DNA of 40,196 nucleotides from Coniocarpon cinnabarinum (Eukaryota), in assembly GCA_051942205.1 (NCBI GenBank), contig JAVECO010000198.1, forward strand, positions 1 through 40,196. The letters run 5' to 3'. Below, piece by piece: positions 11,466 to 22,115 of this stretch. The stretch's first letter is position 1. Each line of letters starts with the position of its first letter. A program made the position numbers and the translations under genes. The notes beneath the pieces were generated by a model, which had not been told where the DNA came from, searched no databases, and was given only the letters and a program-made list of their open reading frames with translations.

Positions 11466-12001
11466 TATTACATAGGGTTAGGGTAATCCCTTAGTAGCTT
11501 CCTATTATAATATAGTTAAGAAGAGAGCTAGAGGTTCTAAGGCTAGAGGACTCGCTCTTAAGTCTTATTTAGATTAGAAATAAGGGGTTTTAGTAAAGTA
11601 TAAAGCTTATAACTTAGTTTAAATAAAGTAGATTATATTTAGACTTGTAAGTTAGTAGACTAAAGACTATCTATAAGAGAGAGTTGTTAGTCTAACTATA
11701 TAGACTAGGGTATATGCAGATATACTGTTAGTAGCCGCTCTAAGATAGGTAGCCGCTAGCAGGTAAGACGGTCGCTAGCAAGTAAGATAGTCGCTAGCGA
11801 GCAAGATAGTCGCTAGCAGGTAAGATAGTCGCTAGCAGGCAAGACGGCCGCTTAGTCGGGTATTTTGTATAGCAGGTATCTATAGCCGTCTAACTTATTA
11901 TATAAGGCGGACATACTATTGGTCCTGTCGTTCCAATCATATGTTGCGGTCCAGCCTGCCCCTAGTCTCCTCTAGAGCTAGTGTAAGGCTGGGGCGTAAC
12001 A
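11466..12001 (-). repeat. 5' LTR (~536 bp) of the oldest element
   Basis: Minus strand starts TGTTACGCCCCAGCC and ends ...CCCTATGTAATA (RIPed ...CCCCGCGTAACA). R/U5 portion shared with 6516-6953; U3 diverged. Confidence 0.88.
11752..11852. repeat. 19-bp tandem repeat (5 units + partial) in LTR U3
   Basis: Units GYCGCTAGCRRGYAAGAYR start at 11752, 11771, 11790, 11809 and 11828. Confidence 0.9.
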
Positions 12002-12874
12002 AGAATAGTAAATAATGCCAAGAAATTGGTGTGCCGCTTTTTTTCCCTACCGCGTGCGTGGATGAAGTGTTTGGCCGTGCACGGGCCATGAGGGCTGGGA
12101 TTTTCCAAATATGGACATGATTAACAGTTTGACGGACTCACAAATGTCCGAATAGGTTCCACCAAAATTTTCAGTCTTGCATACATGGCAAGGCGACGTT
12201 GACATCTCACTTGTAGAGGCAACGCTTCCTCTCTATTGCTAACTCAAAATAACTTGCTCGGCTAGCGCTTGGGGAGCATTGGAACTGACATCACCTGGAT
12301 GCTTGTCTGACGCACAAGTGCATCTGCACGGAGGTCTTGAAAGATCCCAGCTTGACCGGGCAAGGCAGACAGACAGCATCGAGGGGCAAGCACAGTAATG
12401 TGGTCCGCTTGAATGTCTAAGAGTGCAGGAAGCAAGCTGTCAGCAAGGCTGAAGCTCCACTTTTGGAGGCTGCCATGCAACGGCAGAAAACGGTTTGGAT
12501 ATTGATCCTCGTGCATGGACGGGACCGCAGCATGGGATTGACCATGAAGCCGCCATAATTCGGGATTCTGCTTCACCAGGAACTCTGGAAGTCCTTCAAG
12601 GGACTTTAATTTCCGAGAAGTGCAACTGTCTCGTGCTACCGACCGTGCTATGTCCATTGCATGCTGACTTGAATGATAGTGATCCACAGTAGTATCACAA
12701 ATAGCAGCCGTCCAAGGCTTGATAAAATATGCAATCGTTTCGACAATCTGCCATTCAAAGTTGCAGTCACGACGCTCAACAGCTATTCTTCTCTCCGAAA
12801 AAGCAGTGATCTTCTGCAAAGAAGGCATTTAAATCCTGCCCAGGGCGTTGGCAATTCAATCAGCACGCTCCATA

Positions 12875-14046
12875 ATGGATTCTCAGACAGCTCTCCAACA
12901 GCAAATCAACGGTGCTGCGTCTTTCATTGCACTCACTTGCTTTTTCGTCGGCGCCAGGTTGCTTGCCTGGCGTATGCAAAAGAAACAGAGCGAATTTGGC
13001 TGGAATGACGGCCTTGCAGTGCTGTCACTCTTTGTCTTTGTACCGCTTTGCGTACTGGCCATCGGTAAGACGAGGAATGGGTGGACGACAAATAAGAATC
13101 TGCATTGAGACTAACATGAACACACAGTCTACGCGAAAGCTTTCATGGCTTATCCTACCGCTCAAAGCAAAGCCGCAAAGGACTCCAAATTTATCGTGGT
13201 ATACAAATCTGACTCCGCCATCAGCATACTCTACCCGCTCGCATCAGCGCTGCCAAAGTTATCACTCTGCATGCTTTATCTTCGCGTCTTCTGGATTCAT
13301 GTGTGGGCTCGTTGGACTACACGTATGCTAATCGCCTTCTTGATCATTAATGCTATTGCTTGGCTAGTCCCCACGATCTTTGTGTGCCACCCAATATCAG
13401 TCTTCTGGAGCCTTGAAGGGCATGGAAATCGATGCCTAAACTACAACGTATTCGGCAGCTGGATTAGTCTCCCTAGTATCGCCTCTGATCTAGTGATGCT
13501 AGTACTACCAATACCAATTTTGGCAAGGATGCAAATGAATACCCCAAAGAAGCTTGGTCTCATACTCACTTTCGCTGCTGGGAGCGTGGGTATTTTCGGC
13601 GCCTGCCTACGTCTCGCGATCTATCTGCACCGGACGTACGTGGATCGTCCCGATTCACATCAGACGCCTCGTGAGTCATGTTACTTTTTGCTAACCGTCG
13701 TGTCCCGAACGCTTACCACGTTTCAGAATCTATTGCGTATGACACGATTGTTACGTACGTAGAGTGTGGCATGTACCTGATTGCGGCCTGCCTGCCTTCA
13801 ATTCGTGTCCTCGTTCTCACAATCTACGAGCTCACCGTCAGCGGTTTCTCAGCTACATTACAGTGGTGTCTCGCGCTCGTGAAACAGAAAAATCATACCA
13901 GAATCCCTTCGAAACAGTTGTCTGGTCATGATCTGATAGATGTTCAACTCACTGGAGCGGGCGACTTGAATACTCTGTTGCGAGAGGTCGAAAATAACGA
14001 AGAGATCATCATCAACACTGTGACTTCTGCGAGACAAAGTGTGTAG
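12875..14046 (+). CDS. PTH11-like / rhodopsin-domain integral membrane protein (no CFEM); introns 13065-13127 and 13671-13726
   Basis: Motifs AR...FGWNDGL, KLSLCMLYLRVF, C.PI..FW, SDLVMLVLPIP, KKLGLILTF, VECGMYLIAACLP. GT-AG introns with CTAAC branch points join the three ORFs in frame. Confidence 0.88.
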
Positions 14047-14619
14047 AGGGCGAGGCTGAGAGCGAAAGGATGACGTCCTATGAGAAACATTTCACCATCT
14101 GTAAACAGCGGTAGTGTTCTTCGAGGCGAGCCGACGAGCTTCCATCGTAGAGGCTGTCGATTAAATTCTTTGGCTGAAATTGCTAGAATGAAGAGCTGGT
14201 TGGAAATCATCGTGATTCTATGTGGAGGAATGTTCTGGTGGTGACGAGGTTGATATCACTTAAGATCTACACATGATATACCTGCCTTGCCTTTTCGTGA
14301 CGTGGTTGTGGGTAGCGTGTAGCAGTGTCTGTGAAGAAGGACATCCGTATTCCAACTGCAACGATAAGGCAAGACATCAATGCTCAAGTCCGGCTGCCGC
14401 AAGGCTCGCCAGGTCGCCGAATGAATGTCCGGCAGTGTATCTATTAAAGTATCGTAATCATAAAGTCATGTTGTATCTCCCTTACAGCACAAAACACTGC
14501 GAGAACGCATCAGACAACCAAGCACACTTCCGAGGACCGATAGCATGACTGTGACGACGGCACATCTCACTGTCCCAGGTCACCCTCAGCCAATACCACC
14601 ACCACCAACAACTGACATC

Positions 14620-17274
14620 TCACCTGCCCGTTGAAGCCGCGGGATCTGTGCCTCCACTTGCCTGTCGTGCCCTCATGGTCTCACTATCCTGCTTCGCAAT
14701 CAAAGTCTTCATGTTGCTAATCACACTGACGGTGTATGTACTCATGCCTGGTTCGGGCGTGAAATCCCCCGTTGGATGGTCACGAATCCACCTTATGGCT
14801 TGGTCAAGCGCCTGCGTCTCGATGTCTTGTTGACGTTGGGGCATATTGCTACACAGACGCTTCATGTTGGCTTCGAAGGAAATGAGACAGTGGGGTAAAC
14901 GTCCTTGTGCAAGCTCTTCAGAGGCAGTTGGTATGTAGGGAGTTTTAGGTCGATTGGCTGATGTCGGTGTCGAAGCTGATTGTGAGGATGGCTGGGAGGG
15001 TTGATGAGGCTGAGTTACGTGCGGCGTCTGAACAGCGGTATTGAGCGGAGCTGTTGTTGAAGGCGGCCTCGACAATCCATTAGCTTGGACGGGTGTAGCT
15101 GTTTGTGAGGCTTGGCCGTGGGGTCGAGAAGAAGCGTCGGAACTTTGATGCAGACGCGAAGACTGTGGCTCTCCCTGCCCCGTAGATGCTGCCTGTCCAG
15201 GCTGCGATATGCTTTGGGAAGGTTGACCAGCTGCGATGCTTTGGGTGGCTCCAGCCTGTATCTGAGGGGCGGGATGAGAGGAAGCTAATGCTTGATTTGT
15301 TGGGGTCGAAGGGTTTCCGGTCGGTGGTGCGGTGGGTGCTTGATGCTGCGCTGAATTTAGTCCTGGCACAGTAGGATTGATGGGATAAGGGCTATTTTGT
15401 GGGTTGCGAGCAGGAGGCATGCTTAAAGTGTTGTTCGGCAGCGGCTGATTCTGCGAAGATGCAACATTGCCATTTGTAAGCGGTCGCTGATGATGCATTG
15501 GGATATTCTGGCCGTAAACATTCTGTTGCGGGGGCCCTTGTTGGTAGGCATTAGGATATCCATAGGGAGTGTACGTTCCAGGAGGATATTGGCCAGCAAC
15601 TGGCCGTGGATTTAATCCAGTCGGATATCCAGTTTGCTGGGAGGGTGCAGTTGTCACTTGCTTCTGTTTTTGCGGAGCCGGAGGTTCATTTGGATTAAAA
15701 GTATACTTGTAACCCTTGCCGTCTTTCTCCCCTTTGATGAAGTTCTGCGCACTGACTGTATGACGGACACTGCTCTCCCATCCCGGCTTTGGACGAAAGC
15801 GATAATATGGGTAGCGCTTCTTCATCTCGCGGTAGAGCTGCTGCAGGTTGAGTTGTCGTGGGGCCACATCTTGCAAAATGCGATAAATGATGACAACGTA
15901 TGTCAGTCCCGGCGGCTGCAGCTGGTCCGGAGTGAACTGATCTTCGGTGGGTGAGGGGGACTTTTCAGGTGATGGTCGCTTTTTCTTGTCGCTGTTTTCA
16001 AGCTTCGAATCCCCGTTGGTGTTGCTGCGTTTGCGTTTCTTGCTCGTCGATCTCTCCTCTGCATCGTCTTTGCTGCTACTGCCATTGATGTTCGCGATCG
16101 GCGACACGAGATCGCCACTGCTTCCTTCTTTTCCTCGCTTTTGCGCATCTGCAAGAGCCTTCTGTCTCTCTTTCATTTCCCGTTTAGACATGAGCCCGTT
16201 CGCCGGCGGGCGGCCCGGTCCCTTCCGGCGACCGGGTTCTTCTCCTGGTTGTAACAAGCTCATAATCTTCTTTTGTGCTTCTTCACTCGTTTCCTTAGCT
16301 TTAGGACGTATCTTGTCTTTCGGTGATGTTACATCTTTACTGTCCTTTGTCGGTTTCTCAGGACTTTTTGCGGACGAGACCTTGAGTTTAAGTTTGGTTG
16401 TGGGCTTCGCAGGTTTCGCCTTTGTTTCTGGAAGATCAATCTCTTCTTCTTCCTCCTCATCGCTGTCATTAGAACTTCTGGAAACACGAACCTTCCGCCC
16501 GTTTTGTGTGACGACCGGTTCTGGGCTCGTTTCTGACTCTTCTGCAATGCTGCTTGAGGTTTCCGCTTCGAGAGACTCATCATCACTGTCTTCAAGCTCC
16601 GAATCAGAGACGTCGCCATATGCAACTTTGAAATTGAGATCGGCGACTCCAATATTCGACATGTGCTCGAGTGTGACGTGCGAGCCAGCCTCATGATACT
16701 CATCGTCCACAAAAGCTCCATTGCGCCCCAGGATCTCTACCATCCAGCAATCATCGTCGTTGTTCGCATATAGCCTCAAATGTTGCTTGGAAATGGCCGT
16801 GATTCTTGGGAAGCGACCTGTCTCTGAGTCACCTGGTGGGTGGATGGCTAGAAAGGCTTCGTTTTGTCGACCAATGGTCTGTTGCAAGTTGATGTCAAAT
16901 GTTGCAATGCCGCCCTCCAAGCTTGCATATCGTGGCTCAGTAGGTGCAAAGTCTTCCCCATCGAAGCTCTCCTCGTCCGAGCCAGGCGCATCTGCGATGC
17001 GTTCCGCAAAATCTCGGTCATACTCTTCACGCGTTGGCGGTTGGTATGTAGGATGCGAGGTGGTGACTCGGATGTCGGTGTGATTCTCCAAAAACTCTTG
17101 CAAGCGCGTGTCTCTGCCGAGGATGATGGGGTTTTCGTTGACATAGTATGTACAGTCTGGAAAATGCAGAGCGAGGAAACCCTCGATGGCACTACTATCG
17201 CGGGCATCGCTCTCGGCGGCTGGGTCCACATGTACTTCCGACGGGGACACGTACATGCCATTGACCGTTGCCAT
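14620..17274 (-). CDS. FHL1: FHA + forkhead transcription factor, Fhl1-like
   Basis: 884-aa ORF with FHA (ISKQH...LGRNGAFVDD), acidic tract, AT-hook-like KGPGRPP, forkhead (PP.TY..II...LNLQQLY...YPYY...GWESSVRH) and a Q/P-rich C-terminus. Confidence 0.82.
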   Translation of the reverse strand: MATVNGMYVSPSEVHVDPAAESDARDSSAIEGFLALHFPDCTYYVNENPIILGRDTRLQEFLENHTDIRVTTSHPTYQPPTREEYDRDFAERIADAPGSDEESFDGEDFAPTEPRYASLEGGIATFDINLQQTIGRQNEAFLAIHPPGDSETGRFPRITAISKQHLRLYANNDDDCWMVEILGRNGAFVDDEYHEAGSHVTLEHMSNIGVADLNFKVAYGDVSDSELEDSDDESLEAETSSSIAEESETSPEPVVTQNGRKVRVSRSSNDSDEEEEEEIDLPETKAKPAKPTTKLKLKVSSAKSPEKPTKDSKDVTSPKDKIRPKAKETSEEAQKKIMSLLQPGEEPGRRKGPGRPPANGLMSKREMKERQKALADAQKRGKEGSSGDLVSPIANINGSSSKDDAEERSTSKKRKRSNTNGDSKLENSDKKKRPSPEKSPSPTEDQFTPDQLQPPGLTYVVIIYRILQDVAPRQLNLQQLYREMKKRYPYYRFRPKPGWESSVRHTVSAQNFIKGEKDGKGYKYTFNPNEPPAPQKQKQVTTAPSQQTGYPTGLNPRPVAGQYPPGTYTPYGYPNAYQQGPPQQNVYGQNIPMHHQRPLTNGNVASSQNQPLPNNTLSMPPARNPQNSPYPINPTVPGLNSAQHQAPTAPPTGNPSTPTNQALASSHPAPQIQAGATQSIAAGQPSQSISQPGQAASTGQGEPQSSRLHQSSDASSRPHGQASQTATPVQANGLSRPPSTTAPLNTAVQTPHVTQPHQPSQPSSQSASTPTSANRPKTPYIPTASEELAQGRLPHCLISFEANMKRLCSNMPQRQQDIETQALDQAIRWIRDHPTGDFTPEPGMSTYTVSVISNMKTLIAKQDSETMRARQASGGTDPAASTGR

Positions 17275-17957
17275 AACACAAGGCGGTGCCCAAGAAGCCT
17301 GCTCCAGTGAAGGATCAAGCTCAGCAAAGCGTCTCTCTTAGCACTGTTCTCGCTGTAACGAATGCATGTGTGACAAGAGGCTGGACGGCGGATTGCCCAG
17401 GTCCTATCCCTCGGTGGGATGTCCAGGGGAAGAAGGTAGGGTTGAAATCAAACCCAAAAAGAGTGTCGCAAGCTGTCTGATCACAAAGTCAGAGATGATT
17501 TGATGCTCATGTGAGCACGTCGGGCTTTGCAGCCGCGTGCGCTGCACGAGCACACCCTAGTTTCGGTGCGAAGCGCTTTGCTGCTGAAAGCAATGGATGG
17601 AGTTGCGAATGCCAAGACGTCCAATTGCGCCGGCAGTTGCCGAGAGCACTCAATGAGAAGGGGCTGTGGCGTGTGTGGCCTTGTGACTGTTGCTCTCCTT
17701 GATGACCGAGTTCTAATTTTCACCAGTCTACTCTTCAGATGAGACCCTCAGGGTACTCAAGACTCAATATCGAGCTGACAAGCCTCTGATGTAGGAAGTG
17801 CAAGAGCTGCTTGGAGTCGACAAACAGGAAGTTCACCGTATTGAGAATCAATTCAACAGAGCGTGCCTCGGAAGTCGCGCGTCTCCACTGAGCAGACCCT
17901 TCTTGTAGTAAATAGTAAAAAAGCTGGCGAGCCTCGAAAAGATTGAACCCCAATGCA

Positions 17958-19055
17958 ATGCCTGCAAAATCGCAAAAGGTCAGCAATGCCACAAAATCCA
18001 TTCCTCATGCGCAACCAGAGCCACCTTCTTTGAACTGGCCGAGTTTTGAGCCCAAAATCTCTCCTGAGGACTTGTTTTTACATGAGTTATATTCCGCTCA
18101 GATCGTCACTATCTCAAACTTTTGGACCTCAAGTCTTTGCAAGAAATATATCAAGTTTCTTCGGAACTTACCTCTGGTGACCACTCCAGGCAAGCCCAGA
18201 AGAGGAGAGGCAGTGCGGGTCAATGATCGCTTTCAGGTTGAGGATGCACAGTTTGCGGAGCGTCTGTGGTCTGAAACTGGTCTAAAAGACTTGATCTGCG
18301 CGGAGGAAGAGAAGGATGTGGGTGATGGTGTTGCTGGTTCTCCGCCAAGGTCTGTGCAGGATAGATGGGGTGGCACTCCAGTCGGATTGAACCCCAACAT
18401 TCGCATATACCGGTATTCTAAGGGCCAATTCTTTGACCAGCACTGTAAGTCGACAATGTCTTGATCACTTTCAGCAATTTTGAATTTTGCGAAAATTTGT
18501 GATTGTGCGTGTGGGGTCCTCGGAGGAAACCCTAAAGTCCAGAACGTTGAGCTCAAGGAGCTTTGGTGCACTTGTATTTTTCTCTTGCTTTGAAGCATGA
18601 ATCGTTCGATGCATGCTCGTAAGAATGAGGTAATGGTTAATGTGCAAGGCAAACTCCAGCCTGACAGACGTGATCTTGATGTGCACTCATGCACGCTTCG
18701 AGTGAGCTAAAAGGTGGTACAACTGACGTCGCAAAAACCAGATGATGACTCAAATAATCTCATCCACCCAGGACCGCCACCACAAGCCGCTTGCACGACT
18801 TGGACTCTACTGCTCTACCTGACTTCGCTCAGGGACGGCTGCTTGGGTGGTGAGACCGTCTTTTATCCGGACCCACCCGCAGCTGGCAAGAAAAGCAAGA
18901 AAGGCCAAGCCAGCCCGGATCCTATTGTTGTAGGCATCGAAACTGGAATGGCTTTGCTACATAAGCATGGCAAAGAATGCATGCTGCACGAAGGCAGAGA
19001 GGTGCTTGAGGGTGAGAAGTGGGTTATTAGGAGCGATCTTTGTGTCCGCAAATGA
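17958..19055 (+). CDS. 2OG-Fe(II) oxygenase, prolyl-4-hydroxylase-like; intron 18445-18741
   Basis: GLNPNIRIYRY..GQFFDQH|YDD (HxD motif split by the intron), WTLLLYL, GGETVF, LHEG..V..GEKWVIRSD. Confidence 0.88.
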
Positions 19056-20416
19056 AACATGCGGCCAGATCAATCCACTCATCCTCGAGCTTCGCTCGAC
19101 TCCTCCTAACGACGAAGCGCCGTCGCAGGCACCTCAAAACAAACGTGTCCAACCTTTGAATTTGGGCCTTGACAAATCTGCCGCCAGGATTTGAGCAGCC
19201 TGTGCTCTTGACAACTTCAATAGTGTGAACTACTCGACAGCTTCTCGATCAAATTGAAGTCCGAAGTACCTCATTCATCCCTCCTATCAGTGCGCCACAA
19301 GCTGTGGTTGTGAGAGTATTTGTGGGCGGGCTAGCAAAGTTCGCAATCGGGCTTTGTATTACGACATCTCATGCACAGAATCTAGGCTTTTGCGCTGAAG
19401 CATCCCCGGCTCATTCCCGTGGCGTCCAAGTCGTGGCAAGGCGTGGCCTGGCTTATCTCCCGCCTAGCTTGCGGAAAGTGCAAACTCGAACAAAGCTACT
19501 AACTACAGACTAACGTTGACCAATCTCACCATGCCATTCGGAAATTGTCCAGGTCAAACGCGCTACTCCTGATGTTGCAGCAGTGATGTTTCCGGGACAA
19601 TCATACTTTCACCGAACACCATGAGCTTGTCTTCTACCTTCTCCCCTGGCCTGTGCATTTCGGCAGTGGCCGTATCACACGCCTCGATCACATCCGCTGT
19701 AAACACCGGCATCGCGCTGCAGTCCCGGCTGCTTGTCTAGTCCAAACACGCCGTAAGGTATCTCGATGAAACACGCAGGCGACTTTTCTTCATTCGGTGC
19801 GTGTTGTTCGCCCTCACCGTTCCAATACTATCCGGAACAATCAAACAACTTCCTATATGTATCTTAGGAGCGACAGCGGTGCCTAATGACTTTCGAGATA
19901 TTTGTGGATAGCATAGCAAAGAGGGTTGAGTAATTACCGACAACAAGATCAAAGTTCCAAGCGCACCGACTATCAGATCGTTTATGATACGAGTTTGGAG
20001 TCGGAGCTGTAAGGGTGGAGCTCGCCGCGTGACAGCCATTACCAGTATTCTATTCGATCCAAAAAGTGCTTTTTACCGGTTAGCCGGGCACTCGTGATGT
20101 TCTTGCGTCTCTTCTTGAAACTGCTTGTCACTAAGTCAATTCTCCGGTGTTGAATAGCGAGACCAATCTCAACACCGTGGCAGTGAATCTGATGGCCTGC
20201 TGAGTCGCCAGTGTCTCAAGCAAGGCAGGGAAATTATTACTGTATAGTAAGGTGCTTAATCAACGTTTCATTCTTTAGTGCCCAGGTATCACAGTCAGCA
20301 GCCAACACCTCGTAATACACGATGAACGCTACAGATGTTCGAGAGAATAAGAGGAAAATTCATGTTCTCATATTCCCGCTATGTACACATTAGCCTTGCT
20401 CGTCTCCACAAAGCCA

Positions 20417-21428
20417 CTAAAAAATAGCCAAAGCATTCGGTGGCGTCCCAACACCACCGACAACATTCAAAGGCGCGCTCGTCAAAAAGAAGCTCCATCG
20501 CCCCCTCTTGTCACACTCCGCCGCCAAGCGCTCCAAATCCCACAACTCCCCAATCGGCTGCCCCCACAGCGCCAGGGAGAAATCATGAATCGCGAAGTCA
20601 CCCTGTGGCGGCCACGCCTCCATCGCAATCGTGTCCCCAGCGACAGCCGCAAAATGGTGATCCCACAGCCATTCACACATCTCCTCACAGCCCTGGATAC
20701 CGATGAAGTTATGGTTCTTCTGGATGCCGTCGATCTGCTGTTGCTCGCTGGACTCGTTGTAGCGCTTGGTAAAGCCGGAGCGAACGATGAAGATGTCGCC
20801 GGGCCTTGGCTCCAGCTTTTCGTCTTTGAGGATGGCTTGCAGGTCGGCGACGGTGATTTCTTGCCGGGTCCAGGCATCGAGGGGTTTATTGTTGCGGTGG
20901 CAGTAGCGCACGTAGTCGAGGAGGATGCCGCGGCCGACGATGCCGCCGCGCGTGCTCCAGTGGTGGATGCCGTTGTCTGTGGCGTTGCTGGAGTCCTTGA
21001 AGTTCAAGCCATTGTACAATTTTTCCGTTTTCTGATGCGCCCAATGCTCTGGCCCGCACGTTAGTATCCTTCGCCCAGCATGACCGACGATGGCGACACA
21101 TACTGAAGCCGTCCCATTGCGATCCTGCCTGGGTGTTTATCTCAATCTCGTCGTCATTGGCTGCGAAGCCCGGCAGGGCAAAGACACTGTGCTGCAGGGG
21201 CTTGCGTCCGAAACCGGGGTGAGCGACATTGTGCATGCCCCAGTTCAAGGCGACGCTGGACCCATCTTGGATCTCATTCTTTGCTTGCAGCACCACTTGC
21301 GGCGTCAATAAGTTCAAAGTACCGCATTGGTCCCGTGGCTGGCCCGGCTTGTCGAATAAGCCCCAAGCACAGCCGTGGGGTAGACCCTCAACGGGTGGCA
21401 AAGACTTGAATGTCGGCAGGTGGGCCAT
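20417..21428 (-). CDS. Cyclase-family metal hydrolase (kynurenine formamidase-like); intron 21049-21103
   Basis: GTLNLLTP, NTQAGSQWDGF|KHWAH, GGIVGRGILLDY, PGDIFIVRSG, AAVAGD, GQPIGELWDLE, SAPLNVVGGVGTPPNALA. Intron GTATGT...TACTAAC...CAG. Confidence 0.9.
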
Positions 21429-22115
21429 TGTTTAGCAGCGACAAGACTGACTCGGACTGTCTCTCAACCTGATGCAAACGGCGTCCACAACAGTTTCACT
21501 CCACTCGACTGGTTGTGAAAAGCAAAACACACGGCAGACAGGCATGTCTGCATCAGAGACCGTGAGGTCATTGGACCGCATGTACGTTTCTCTGCCCCGC
21601 GCCATGTTCGGCGCGAAAAGCCTCAACATGCCATTGCCGTTTTCCACAGTATTGAAGCGCCTGGGCAGTCAATATTCTTCGACAGCTGTGCGTCATACTG
21701 AGGAGAAGCTGTATCAATAGGTGGGTAGCTCCCCACGCACGCTTAAGCTCGGTTGCTGTGCTGTTTCGGCTGTGCCGCACGCCACATGGATCCACCAGTC
21801 TCGAAAGAACTGCGTGTGTAGTCAGCATCCCTGTCCCCCAAGCCAGGCGCTCGGGTGTCTTTCCGGGACGCAACCGGAGGTCTTCGATGTCGGCGTGCTC
21901 GCTTATCCCCTTGCATGCCGGGGGTCGTTCGGTAGACGTGGGTCTGTCGTTTCAGCCCGCTGATCTCTGGTGCCAATTGCACACTGCAAAGCAAGTCAAG
22001 GTTTTGACGTGTCGGAAGTACGAAAAGGGACATGACATCCGCAGGTGAATGAAGATCTTCAGAAATGTCCGGTCAAGCCAGTGAAGAGCCAGGTTGTCCG
22101 TATTGTCATGTCGTT

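Larger units (their letters stand above)
6954..12001 (-). mobile_element. RIP-inactivated Ty3/gypsy element (oldest layer): 5' LTR through the integrase N-terminus, interrupted by the middle element
   Basis: Reverse complement of 6954-11307 is colinear with 141-~4500 and breaks just before the integrase DFIVKLP motif. Outer terminus CGTAACA at 12001, followed by candidate TSD AGAAT. Confidence 0.93.

Noticed and set aside
11752..11852. Regular repeats resembling a CRISPR array
   Set aside because: Head-to-tail units with no unique spacers, inside a fungal LTR.
12262..12828. 188-aa minus-strand ORF and overlapping short ORFs
   Set aside because: No recognisable motif or splice structure; lies in the promoter region of the PTH11-like gene.
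15947..16696. Long antisense ORFs over real genes (also 20381-21064, 38191-38949, 29245-29913)
   Set aside because: Shadow ORFs from codon bias of the sense-strand genes.
18640..18700. TPP riboswitch in the oxygenase intron (TGATCTTGAT resemblance)
   Set aside because: Lacks the CTGAGA and downstream AATNCCAGCG core elements.
19200..20380. Possible ncRNA or small gene (100-aa ORF 19737-20039) in the convergent intergenic gap
   Set aside because: No tRNA, snRNA, SRP, RNase P/MRP or telomerase-template hallmark was recognised, and the ORF has no motif.
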